A model generated the notes under the pieces. The model did no database searches and was not told the DNA's origin. It saw nothing but the letters and a program-made list of their open reading frames with translations. From Desulfitibacter sp. BRH_c19 (GTDB lineage: Bacteria; Bacillota; DSM-16504; Desulfitibacterales; Desulfitibacteraceae): 24,000 nucleotides of DNA. The position numbers and the translations under genes were made by a program. How positions within the stretch are numbered: the first letter of the stretch is position 1; each line of letters begins with the position of its first letter. Shown here one piece after another: positions 13,303 through 21,492 of this stretch. The stretch is from NCBI GenBank assembly GCA_001515945.1, contig LOER01000028.1:1-24000 (forward strand). Reading direction: 5' to 3'.

Positions 13303-14868
13303 TTACATAGTACGGGCATCGCTAGTACTAACCTTTTTACTAGCTGGCGACTGTACAATCCCTACTTCCTCATGTAATGCTTTAACTAGTGTATACATCA
13401 TAAATATCATAATAATAGTAAATGGGAAAGCAAATGCGAAAGAAATCGTCTGAACAGAGCTTAATCCTCCAGTTAAGATAAGCATTGAAGCAATAGCTCC
13501 AGCTATAACTCCCCAGAATATCCTTAAGCTTGTCTTTGGCTCTAATTCCCCACCAGAGGTCATCATACTTACAACAAGCGTAGCAGAGTCAGCAGATGTA
13601 ATAAAGAAAATTGTTACCACCATCATTGCAACTGTTGATAGCAACCCTGTTACTGGCAGATGATTAAACATTACAAATATAGCAGTAGTCACATCGGCAA
13701 ATGTAGCATCAGCAATTCCTCCAGCACCAAATCTCTCATAATAAATGGCTGTTCCACCAATTATACTAAACCATATAAAGCTTAGAAGTGATGGAGCTAC
13801 AAGGATCCCAATAATAAATTCCCTAATAGTTCTTCCTTTAGAAATCCTGGCGATAAAACTCCCCACAAAAGGAGTCCAGGTAATCCACCATGCCCAGTAA
13901 AATATGGTCCAGGCACCAACCCATCCGTACCCTGTACGTTCTGCTACCGCACCCTGGGTATCAACGAAAAAGCTCATCCAAACTATATTCTGAAGGTATT
14001 GTCCTAATGATTCAGTAAAGAAGTTTAAAATATATCTTGTCGGTCCTAAAAATAGAACAATAACCATTAAACCAATAACCATTACCATGTTTATATTACT
14101 GAGCCATTTTATACCTTTATTGATACCTGTTACCGCTGAGATAGTAAATAATGCCGTTACTATGGCTACAAATACAATTGAAACTGTAATGGTATTTGGA
14201 ACACCAAATACAATATTCATTCCAGTAGTAACCTGCATAGCTCCTAATCCCAAAGAAGTAGCGACTCCAAATAGAGCCATTACAACAGTAAATGTATCTA
14301 TGGATTTTCCGATTGGACCTTTTATACCTTCTGCACCAAGTATTGGGTAAAAGCACGAGCTAATTAGTCCTGGTAAACCCCTACGAAACTGAAAATATGC
14401 TAACCCAAGGGCAACAACACCATATATTGCCCATGCATGTAATCCCCAATGAAAGAATGTATATGTCATAGCCTCTGATGCTGCTGCGACACTACTTGAT
14501 TCGCTTAAAGGTGCACCTGCAAAATGGTATATTGGTTCCGCAGCTCCCCAGAAAACTAAGCCTACACCCATACCAGCTGCAAATAGCATAGAAAACCAAG
14601 CAGTAGTACTAAATTCGGGTTTTTCATCATCTTTTGATAGTTTTATATTTCCATATTTACTGAATGCCAAGAACAAACAGAAAATTACAAATGCAGATGC
14701 TGCAAGAAGGTATGTCCAGCCAAAATTATCAATGAAGAAGGAAAACATTTTATTAAACACATCTGATACAACTGCTGGATTACTTGAAGCTATTGCAACA
14801 AAAGCTAGACAAATAATTGCTGACCCCAAAAAGATGGTCTTATCAATCTTTCCAAAAAACTTATCCAT
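13303..14868 (-). CDS. BCCT-family (betaine/carnitine/choline) transporter
   Basis: GGAGG lies 7 nt before the ATG. There are about 12 TM segments. The BCCT signature region is WTIFYWAWWITWTPFVGSFIARISKGRTIREFI. Confidence 0.9.
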   Translation of the reverse strand: MDKFFGKIDKTIFLGSAIICLAFVAIASSNPAVVSDVFNKMFSFFIDNFGWTYLLAASAFVIFCLFLAFSKYGNIKLSKDDEKPEFSTTAWFSMLFAAGMGVGLVFWGAAEPIYHFAGAPLSESSSVAAASEAMTYTFFHWGLHAWAIYGVVALGLAYFQFRRGLPGLISSCFYPILGAEGIKGPIGKSIDTFTVVMALFGVATSLGLGAMQVTTGMNIVFGVPNTITVSIVFVAIVTALFTISAVTGINKGIKWLSNINMVMVIGLMVIVLFLGPTRYILNFFTESLGQYLQNIVWMSFFVDTQGAVAERTGYGWVGAWTIFYWAWWITWTPFVGSFIARISKGRTIREFIIGILVAPSLLSFIWFSIIGGTAIYYERFGAGGIADATFADVTTAIFVMFNHLPVTGLLSTVAMMVVTIFFITSADSATLVVSMMTSGGELEPKTSLRIFWGVIAGAIASMLILTGGLSSVQTISFAFAFPFTIIMIFMMYTLVKALHEEVGIVQSPASKKVSTSDARTM

Positions 14869-14980
14869 TCAAAAACCTCCTACCTATTTTTTATTCTGAA
14901 TTACTACTGTTATTAGATTATCCCTCCTTTCAAAAGTTTTCGGTAATGTCTAAATATTGCGTAAATAATACTAGAAGTCA

Positions 14981-16414
14981 TTATGCGTTTTTTACTATGC
15001 TGTCTATTTTTACCCTTGTCTTTTCTGACAAAGTCTCTGAAACATGATTTTCTAGAATATTTTTAGCTTTTTCTATAGATCTTTCTCCACACGTTGTTCC
15101 TCCCTTATTAAGCCATATCTGATATTGGTTTTTGTCCAATATCTGTGGTTTCCAAAGCTCTCTTTTAAAATTCTCAAAGGTATGGTCATCTGTAACAAAA
15201 TGACCCGCAGGACCTACCCTTTTAATCACATCCAATGCTAAAGTAACTTCATTTATTTCCACACCTCTAATCATCCTCTTAACAAATCCAATAATCTCGT
15301 CACACATTACCAGTTGTCCAACGCTACTAGTAGAACCCCCTTCAAGATATCCAACATCATGAATAAGATTAGCCCCACTCATTGCAGACATCATAATGGA
15401 GGCTGTAGCTTCAATGGCTGACTGTTCATCAAGCTTTTTAGAATCGCTACAACCTGCTGTTCCCCACATTGGAATCTTATAATAATGAGCCATTTCTGCA
15501 AAAGCAGCATGCATTAAATTAAATTCTGGATTGCCATAGCTCATCACCATGGTGTGCATGTCTGTAGGTGCAGGAACCCCACCCATAACAAATGGCGCTC
15601 CTTCTTTTACAAGCTGATGAATAACTAGTCCGCTTAAGCATTCTGCTAATGCTATAATTACTGTTCCAGCTAATGTAACCGGAGAAGTTCCCCCTGCCAT
15701 TGGTGCTGACACGTAAATAGCCGGTAAATTTTTTTCAGCCGTAAATATTAGCTTTTCAATAGCTTCTACTGAATGTTGTAATGGGGTATTGGATGTAGAA
15801 AACAAAGAAATAAATGGATACTTTTGTAGCTCCTCAAGATCTCCAGAAATCGTTACGCACATATCTACTATTGTCTCAAGGTTTATTGCATTAAAGCCCC
15901 AATGAATAATTGGTTTGGTAGTATTTTCAAGTAAGGCCTGTAATAAATGAATATCGGCAAGTTCTGTGGGAACATCCTTTATAGTTCCAAAATCCATGGC
16001 AAAATCTATATTATCCAAAGCATCTATAATTTTAGCGGCGTTTCTAGTATCTTGTTTTTTGGGATAACGCCTTTCGCTAGTATATGGGTCCATAGTATAT
16101 GTAGTGGAAGGCCCTGGTCCAAAATAGAAATTTTCTCCTTCTAGTTTCATTTTTATATTCCCATTTCGATCATATAATAGAACACTTGAAGGTGCGCTTG
16201 AAATAGATTTTTCCACAAGTGAGGCTGGAATCCTTACTCGATTTCCATTTACAAAAGCTCCTGCTTTCTTTAATAAATCAAGTGATCTTTTCTCCTGAAC
16301 AATTACACCTGTATCTGATAATACTTCAAGGGTAGCATAATGAAGTGTATCGCATTGTTCCTTAGAAAAGGTTTTAAATTGAATAGTGTTATTAATTATG
16401 GAATTGCTTCGCAT
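14981..16414 (-). CDS. MttB-superfamily (trimethylamine methyltransferase family) protein, non-pyrrolysine type; likely quaternary-amine:corrinoid methyltransferase
   Basis: GAGGGGGA lies 8 nt before the ATG. The 477-aa ORF is uninterrupted, with no in-frame TAG. The N-terminus (FSKEQCDTLHYATLEVLSDTGVIV.....LDLLKKAGA.V.GNRVRIP..LVE) and overall length are typical of the MttB family. A BCCT transporter gene lies immediately downstream. Confidence 0.8.
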   Translation of the reverse strand: MRSNSIINNTIQFKTFSKEQCDTLHYATLEVLSDTGVIVQEKRSLDLLKKAGAFVNGNRVRIPASLVEKSISSAPSSVLLYDRNGNIKMKLEGENFYFGPGPSTTYTMDPYTSERRYPKKQDTRNAAKIIDALDNIDFAMDFGTIKDVPTELADIHLLQALLENTTKPIIHWGFNAINLETIVDMCVTISGDLEELQKYPFISLFSTSNTPLQHSVEAIEKLIFTAEKNLPAIYVSAPMAGGTSPVTLAGTVIIALAECLSGLVIHQLVKEGAPFVMGGVPAPTDMHTMVMSYGNPEFNLMHAAFAEMAHYYKIPMWGTAGCSDSKKLDEQSAIEATASIMMSAMSGANLIHDVGYLEGGSTSSVGQLVMCDEIIGFVKRMIRGVEINEVTLALDVIKRVGPAGHFVTDDHTFENFKRELWKPQILDKNQYQIWLNKGGTTCGERSIEKAKNILENHVSETLSEKTRVKIDSIVKNA

Positions 16415-16464
16415 TTGAATAACTTCCCCCTCTATTTTGTCAAACTGGATTTATTGTTTAAGGT

Positions 16465-17805
16465 TTATCTTGAAACCCTTATTTGATACTTTTTCATACG
16501 ATAATGTAAGCTTTGTCTGCTAATATTCATAACCTTTGCCGCATGGGAGACATTTCCATCTGTGTTCTCTAATATTGCTATTATTTGATTCTTCTCCACC
16601 TTCTCAATCTCACTTTGTAGTGGATTAAAATTATTTCTTTTTGATAAAGGACTCTCTGAAATTGTGGAGGTCACTTTCATATATTCAGGAATATGCTCTA
16701 TATTTATTTCAGTTTCAATATCACCGATTAAAGTAATAGAACACTCTATTGCATGTTCTAATTGACGCACATTCCCTGGCCAATGGTAGCCTTCAAATAC
16801 CTTTAGCAAATCATAGGATATACTATAACTTCCTCTATGCAACTTTTTGCTGACTTTTTTCATAAAATATCCTATCAAATATTCCAAGTCATCAATTCTC
16901 TCTCTTAATGGAGGTATTCCTAAACAGACAACTCCTAATCTATAAAACAAATCATTTCTGATAAAACCCTTCTCTATTGCATCAAGTGGCTTCACATTTA
17001 AACTACTTATAATTCTAGGATTCACCTCAATATCAGCCATGCCGCCCACTCTACGTATTTTCCTTTCTTGAAGGACACGTAATAATTTAGCTTGTAGCAA
17101 TAAAGGCATTGAGTTAATCTCGTCCAAAAAAAGTGTCCCTTCACTTGCCTGTTCAAACAACCCTGGTCTATCTATTGCTTCAGTATAAGCGCCTTTTACA
17201 GTTCCAAACAAAATACCCTCTAATAGATTTTCTGGAATTGCAGCACAATTAATGGCAACAAATAGTTTCTTAGACCTATTGCTTGAATTATGAATGCTTT
17301 GGGCAAATAGTTCCTTTCCTGTTCCAGTCTCCCCATATATCAATACCGGGGATGATGTATTTGCTGCCCTTTTGGCCAATATTTTAATGTCACAAATCTT
17401 TTGGTTATATCCAATAATATCTTCAAAATTATGAATTGCCTTTCGTACGGGCATACTGGTTATTTCTTGATTATTGCTAGTTTGGACCTTTAAAGGATCT
17501 TTAATAAAAATAACGTGTTTAGTCCCTGATTCTAAAACCTTCTTTTTTACTTGGTAGTCTTTCTTGATATCGCCGCCTATCTGTACATTAAAATAATCAA
17601 AAATGGTATTGTTAATTAAATCTTCTGATAAGTAGCTCTTTATATTGTCACCTATTAAATTCTGCGTCTTTTCTGCAAAAATTGAAGCAGCTCTCTGATT
17701 ACACCAAGTGATTAATCCCGAGTTTTCGTAAATAACCACACCTTCAAGAATTTCATTTAGGATTTTCCTATACATTTCAAGCTCTGGTCTCTGATGAATA
17801 CTCAC
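16465..17805 (-). CDS. Sigma54-dependent transcriptional activator (PAS - AAA+ - Fis-type HTH), variant GAYTEA loop
   Basis: GGGGGA lies 6 nt before the GTG. Walker A is GETGTGKE, and the core reads INCAAIPENLLEGILFG and GAYTEA (nt 17176-17193). An R-finger region (LFYRLGVV) and WPGNVRQLEH are present. The C-terminal HTH is GNVSHAAKVMNISRQSLHYRMKKY. Confidence 0.9.
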   Translation of the reverse strand: MSIHQRPELEMYRKILNEILEGVVIYENSGLITWCNQRAASIFAEKTQNLIGDNIKSYLSEDLINNTIFDYFNVQIGGDIKKDYQVKKKVLESGTKHVIFIKDPLKVQTSNNQEITSMPVRKAIHNFEDIIGYNQKICDIKILAKRAANTSSPVLIYGETGTGKELFAQSIHNSSNRSKKLFVAINCAAIPENLLEGILFGTVKGAYTEAIDRPGLFEQASEGTLFLDEINSMPLLLQAKLLRVLQERKIRRVGGMADIEVNPRIISSLNVKPLDAIEKGFIRNDLFYRLGVVCLGIPPLRERIDDLEYLIGYFMKKVSKKLHRGSYSISYDLLKVFEGYHWPGNVRQLEHAIECSITLIGDIETEINIEHIPEYMKVTSTISESPLSKRNNFNPLQSEIEKVEKNQIIAILENTDGNVSHAAKVMNISRQSLHYRMKKYQIRVSR

Positions 17806-17908
17806 TTAATTTCCCCCTGATATAATGTAAAATTTAAAATAATAACTTATGATGGATAGTTTGTTGAAAGTATATTTGTATTCTAAATTTTACAATAACT
17901 TATTTTAA

Positions 17909-17924
17909 AGCAATTACCATGCCA
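17909..17924 (-). promoter_or_regulatory. Sigma54 (-24/-12) promoter upstream of the activator-mttB-BCCT operon
   Basis: The minus strand reads TGGCATGGTAATTGCT. This matches TGGCAC-N5-TTGCW with correct spacing, about 100 nt upstream of the GTG at 17805. Confidence 0.75.
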
Positions 17925-18031
17925 CAATTTATCTCTCTATTATCAAATAACCCTGCAAAATAATTTTTCACTATACCGCATACCATTTTTGCATAGTATG
18001 TTTTTTTGTCACTTGTAAGTAAAAAAATTTA

Positions 18032-19750
18032 CTATTTTATTTCGTACTTCTTTATGCGATATTGTAGACTTTGCCTTTTAATATTCAACTGTTTTGCAGT
18101 ACGTGAAACGTTCCAATTATTTCTTTCTAACGCTTTTAGTAGTACTTCTTTTTCTAGTTTCCCCATTGTTTCTAATAAAGTTATTTCCTCAAGTATTCCT
18201 TGTAAACTGTCTTTTTCATGGTATCCATTATCTAATTTGCTCTCCATGTGATGAGGTAGATGTTCAAGCGCTATAATTTCCTCGTCTTCATGCATAATAT
18301 TCATGGCAGATTCAATAGCATGCTGTAACTCTCTCACATTACCAGGCCATGAATAATCTAAAAACAATTCCATTACTCTAGGTGATATATCTTTAATCTT
18401 TTTATTAAGCGTTTTATTGTATCCTGCTATAAAGCCCTTTACTAAAATAGGTATGTCTTCTTTTCTATATCTAAGAGATGGAACCTTTAAATACACCACC
18501 CCTAGTCGGTAAAACAGATCCTCTCTCAATAGTTGTTTTTCAATAGCCAATGTGGGTTCAATATTAACATTAGTTATAACCCTTACATCCACGAGAACTT
18601 CATCTGCTGCTCCAACTCTACGTATAGCTCCTTCTTGCAAAACCCTCAATAGCTTTGCCTGCAACCCTAGACCCATAGAATTTATTTCGTCCAAAAGCAA
18701 GGTGCCATCTCTTGCCTGCTCAAAAAGACCTGGGCGATCAACAGCTCCAGTATATGCCCCCTTTACCGTTCCAAAAAGTATTCCCTCAAGAAGATTTTCG
18801 GGAATAGCTGCACAATTAATTGCTATAAATGGTTCCGATGCTCGTTTGCTATAATTATGAACACTTTGTGCAAAAAGTTCTTTTCCTGTTCCAGTTTCTC
18901 CATAAATTAGGATTGGAGAATTTGTGTTAGCGACTCTTTTTGCTAAGGTTATAGTTTGTTTAAGAATAGCACTATTTCCAACAATATCATTAAATACATA
19001 TTTAGCAGACTTTTTCGAACCTGCTTTGAAAGTCTTTTTACTACTTTCAAAAAGTTGCTCTTGCAATTCTATGATTTTATCTGAGAGTTCTTTAATTTTA
19101 GAGTAATCCCTTTGTATCGAAACCGCACCTACTATTTTACTTTCTTTAAATAATGGGTACGTGTTACACATAATATTCAGACTCCTGCCTGTGAATGTTG
19201 TATAACTCTGTTGTCTATCTATAATTGGTTGGCGTTGTTTCATCGTCAGAATTAACAAGCTTGTTTCTTCTGAGAGTCCATATACACTAGTAACATGCTT
19301 ACCAATTACCTGTTCTTTCGATAGACCATCTAATCGTTGATTAGCTTCATTGTAAATTATTAGCTTCCCTTGATTATCACAAACCATAACTGCTTCATCA
19401 ATTGAATTAATAACATTTTCTAAAATATCAATATCGCCTTTTTCCAGATTATATTCTAAGAATAATATTCTTTTGGATGTTTTATCCGGTTGAACTAGCC
19501 TACTATTAATCTTAGTCCCACTAATTAGATCAATATTCCCATTAATAATCCTTCCTTCAATGACAAGCTCAGGGCATATGCTTTTGAGGTTTCTACCTAC
19601 AACCTCATGCTGGCTAACGTTTAAGAGGTTTTCTGCTTCAGAATTGATAGCTAATATGGTATTGCTACTACTTAAAACGAGTATGCCTTGATATATTCTG
19701 TTAAATATATTTAGTAATAGTTTTTCGTTTAGTACACTTTCCTGAGCCAT
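18032..19750 (-). CDS. Sigma54-dependent transcriptional activator (2x PAS - AAA+ - Fis-type HTH)
   Basis: Track ORF starts at the TTG at 19795. I prefer the ATG at 19750, with GGAGGAG 5 nt upstream, giving MAQESVLNEK.... Walker A is GETGTGKE, GAYTGA lies at nt 18743-18760, WPGNVRELQH is present, and the HTH is WNVSRTAKQLNIKRQSLQYRIKKY. By eye the AAA+ core is very similar to the 16465..17805 product. Confidence 0.9.
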   Translation of the reverse strand: MAQESVLNEKLLLNIFNRIYQGILVLSSSNTILAINSEAENLLNVSQHEVVGRNLKSICPELVIEGRIINGNIDLISGTKINSRLVQPDKTSKRILFLEYNLEKGDIDILENVINSIDEAVMVCDNQGKLIIYNEANQRLDGLSKEQVIGKHVTSVYGLSEETSLLILTMKQRQPIIDRQQSYTTFTGRSLNIMCNTYPLFKESKIVGAVSIQRDYSKIKELSDKIIELQEQLFESSKKTFKAGSKKSAKYVFNDIVGNSAILKQTITLAKRVANTNSPILIYGETGTGKELFAQSVHNYSKRASEPFIAINCAAIPENLLEGILFGTVKGAYTGAVDRPGLFEQARDGTLLLDEINSMGLGLQAKLLRVLQEGAIRRVGAADEVLVDVRVITNVNIEPTLAIEKQLLREDLFYRLGVVYLKVPSLRYRKEDIPILVKGFIAGYNKTLNKKIKDISPRVMELFLDYSWPGNVRELQHAIESAMNIMHEDEEIIALEHLPHHMESKLDNGYHEKDSLQGILEEITLLETMGKLEKEVLLKALERNNWNVSRTAKQLNIKRQSLQYRIKKYEIK

Positions 19751-19835
19751 AGTTACTCCTCCAGTTAGGTTTTTTATGATCTTGGAATAACTCAAATATA
19801 TCTTATATGAATATAAAATGCTATATTTTTATATA

Positions 19836-20729
19836 CTATTTCCCTATCCTTAGAACTTCACGTGCATATTTGATACTCCTAATACACGCATCCATTTCTT
19901 TCTCACGAGCTACCTCTATTGGATCATCACCCATATCCCATTCAATTTCAAATGTAATACGATCAGTAGGGGATAATTTCTTGATAGTGTTGTATACTTT
20001 TACACAATCAATATCACCATCTCCTAAAGCTACACCATGAAATCTAATGCCAAACTGATCTCTATCAAGCTTGTGGTCACAAAAATGGTTGGAAAAAGCA
20101 TATGGAGCTAGTTTTTCTACTGCACTCATTGGATCTTCAAGAACTCCCATGGAATTAACCGTATCAACGCAAGCTCCCACTAATGGGTGGTTAATTTTAT
20201 CAATCAACCATAAAATTTCATCCGCATACGTTTCAGTATGATTTTCTAAAGCAAGCTTTATTCCTGTTTTTTCAACTAATGGTAGTGCAGCTTTAACTTC
20301 ATCATATACATCGCAAAGCTGTCTCATTACAATTGGATGCAAACAACTTCCATAAAGAGGTCTGGGTCGGCGAATATCTAAACTTATTTTTCCTATGTCC
20401 GCACCAAGCATGTTTGCAATGCTGATTCCCTCTCGAATACTATCTGTTAGCCTGGGGTCAAACTCCTCGTTTAGGGAAAAATTATATTCAAGATAAAGTC
20501 CATGCTCTTCTGCTGCCGTCCGAACTTCCTTTAAACGATTCTCATCCTTGCTTTCAAGATCGCAGCCAGTAATATGCAAACCATGTAATCCCCATTCGAC
20601 CGCCTTGTCCATTAACTGCATCAGATTTATTTCCTTTGCACGAGGTTCAGCAATTATCCCCCAGTTCTGACCAAGCCCCCATAGATGAAGAGTATAGGTA
20701 TGCAACCCAAGTCTCATTTTTTTATCCAC
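19836..20729 (-). CDS. Xylose-isomerase-like TIM-barrel protein (sugar phosphate isomerase/epimerase family)
   Basis: GGGAGGA lies 8 nt before the GTG. The pattern (LGLHTY..., GL.GLHI, LALENH, D.VNS) is typical of the AP_endonuc_2/xylose-isomerase-like fold. A sigma54 promoter lies directly upstream. Confidence 0.7.
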   Translation of the reverse strand: MDKKMRLGLHTYTLHLWGLGQNWGIIAEPRAKEINLMQLMDKAVEWGLHGLHITGCDLESKDENRLKEVRTAAEEHGLYLEYNFSLNEEFDPRLTDSIREGISIANMLGADIGKISLDIRRPRPLYGSCLHPIVMRQLCDVYDEVKAALPLVEKTGIKLALENHTETYADEILWLIDKINHPLVGACVDTVNSMGVLEDPMSAVEKLAPYAFSNHFCDHKLDRDQFGIRFHGVALGDGDIDCVKVYNTIKKLSPTDRITFEIEWDMGDDPIEVAREKEMDACIRSIKYAREVLRIGK

Positions 20730-20769
20730 TAATAATTCCTCCCAGTATTAAATAATTGCTGTTATATTT

Positions 20770-20785
20770 TGCAACTTTCATGCCA
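20770..20785 (-). promoter_or_regulatory. Sigma54 (-24/-12) promoter for the TIM-barrel gene (and probably the 587-aa activator)
   Basis: The minus strand reads TGGCATGAAAGTTGCA, about 40 nt upstream of the GTG at 20729. Confidence 0.75.
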
Positions 20786-21108
20786 ATAAACAGGATTCTT
20801 TATTCAGGTGGAGTTTCCCACAGGATTAGTTCAACTAGAGTTCAGGGAAAAGCACCTGAACTAAGTTTCACTGAATGACTCCACCTGATTTCCCAATGTT
20901 CAGCTTTGGCTGAACGAGTTGACTATATTCCTGTCAGTCCATTTGGACACTGCAAACGCTTTTGGCTATATTTCCCCGCCTGTTATGCCAAAGCATTTTG
21001 CAATAGATAATTTATTAGTTCCAATCATAAAGTCTTCCTTGATAAAAATCTCTTTGCTTTTAAGTAAATCCCACAATTAAAACACCTCTATAAAGCCTAT
21101 TGATATTT

Positions 21109-21124
21109 TGGCATAAAAATTGCT
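21109..21124 (+). promoter_or_regulatory. Sigma54 (-24/-12) promoter for the divergent oxidoreductase operon
   Basis: The plus strand reads TGGCATAAAAATTGCT, 48 nt upstream of the TTG at 21172. Confidence 0.75.
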
Positions 21125-21171
21125 CTAGTTTAAAGATAAGGTTAAAAAGAAGGAGATTGGAGGAATACAAA

Positions 21172-21492
21172 TTGAGGATTTTAGAACATCCTGTGCTGCA
21201 GTTTCCAGCTAAACGAGAGGTAAGTTTTATTTTTGAAGGTACCCAAGTTACTGGATATGAAGGAGAACCAATTGCTGCAGCTCTGCATGCAAATGGCATT
21301 AAGGTCCTTAGCCATAGCTCTAAAAACCATAGGCCTCGAGGATTCTTTTGTGCAATAGGCAATTGTTCATCTTGTCTGATGGAAGTCAACGGAGAGCCAA
21401 ATGTCCGGATATGTGTTGAAGAACTCAAAGAGAATATGGTTGTCAAACGGCAGGAAGGAAAGGGTAGTTTTCCAGGAGGTGAGGAGATTTGA
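21172..21492 (+). CDS. Small (2Fe-2S)-binding subunit, HcnA/OoxA/SoxA-N-terminal-like
   Basis: Track ORF starts at 21100, but that would span the sigma54 promoter. The TTG at 21172 has GGAGG 8 nt upstream. Motifs are GEPIAAALHANGI, RPRGFFCAIGNCSSCLMEVNGEPNVRIC. Confidence 0.7.
   Translation: MRILEHPVLQFPAKREVSFIFEGTQVTGYEGEPIAAALHANGIKVLSHSSKNHRPRGFFCAIGNCSSCLMEVNGEPNVRICVEELKENMVVKRQEGKGSFPGGEEI

Noticed and set aside
13199-14356. ORFs 13199..13453, 14087..14350 and 14117..14356 within or antisense to the BCCT gene. The same applies to 14817..15047 and 15947..16144.
   Set aside because: They overlap strongly supported transporter and methyltransferase genes and show no independent signals.
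14981-16414. Possibility that the MttB-family gene is a pyrrolysine (in-frame TAG) gene
   Set aside because: The 477-codon frame is uninterrupted from an SD-preceded ATG to TAA, and no pylTSBCD genes are in the window. It is therefore treated as a non-Pyl MttB homologue.
18006-19106. Plus-strand ORFs 18006..18251, 18094..18276, 18552..18854 and 18924..19106. The same applies to 19807..20040, 21443..21688, 21511..21702, 21755..21970, 22260..22457, 7754..7948, 8433..8705 and 11478..11741.
   Set aside because: All are antisense shadows of motif-bearing genes, with no SD and no recognisable domains.
20987-21006. TTGGCAT / TTGCA-like strings in the divergent control region as additional sigma54 promoters
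   Set aside because: On neither strand is a TGGCA element followed by TTGC at the required 5-nt (N5) spacing. They are better read as inverted-repeat binding sites.
21060-21446. 128-aa minus-strand ORF, and the extended 21100 start of the plus-strand 2Fe-2S gene
   Set aside because: The minus ORF is antisense to a motif-bearing 2Fe-2S gene. The ATG at 21100 would place the sigma54 promoter (21109-21124) inside the coding sequence, while the TTG at 21172 has a proper GGAGG.
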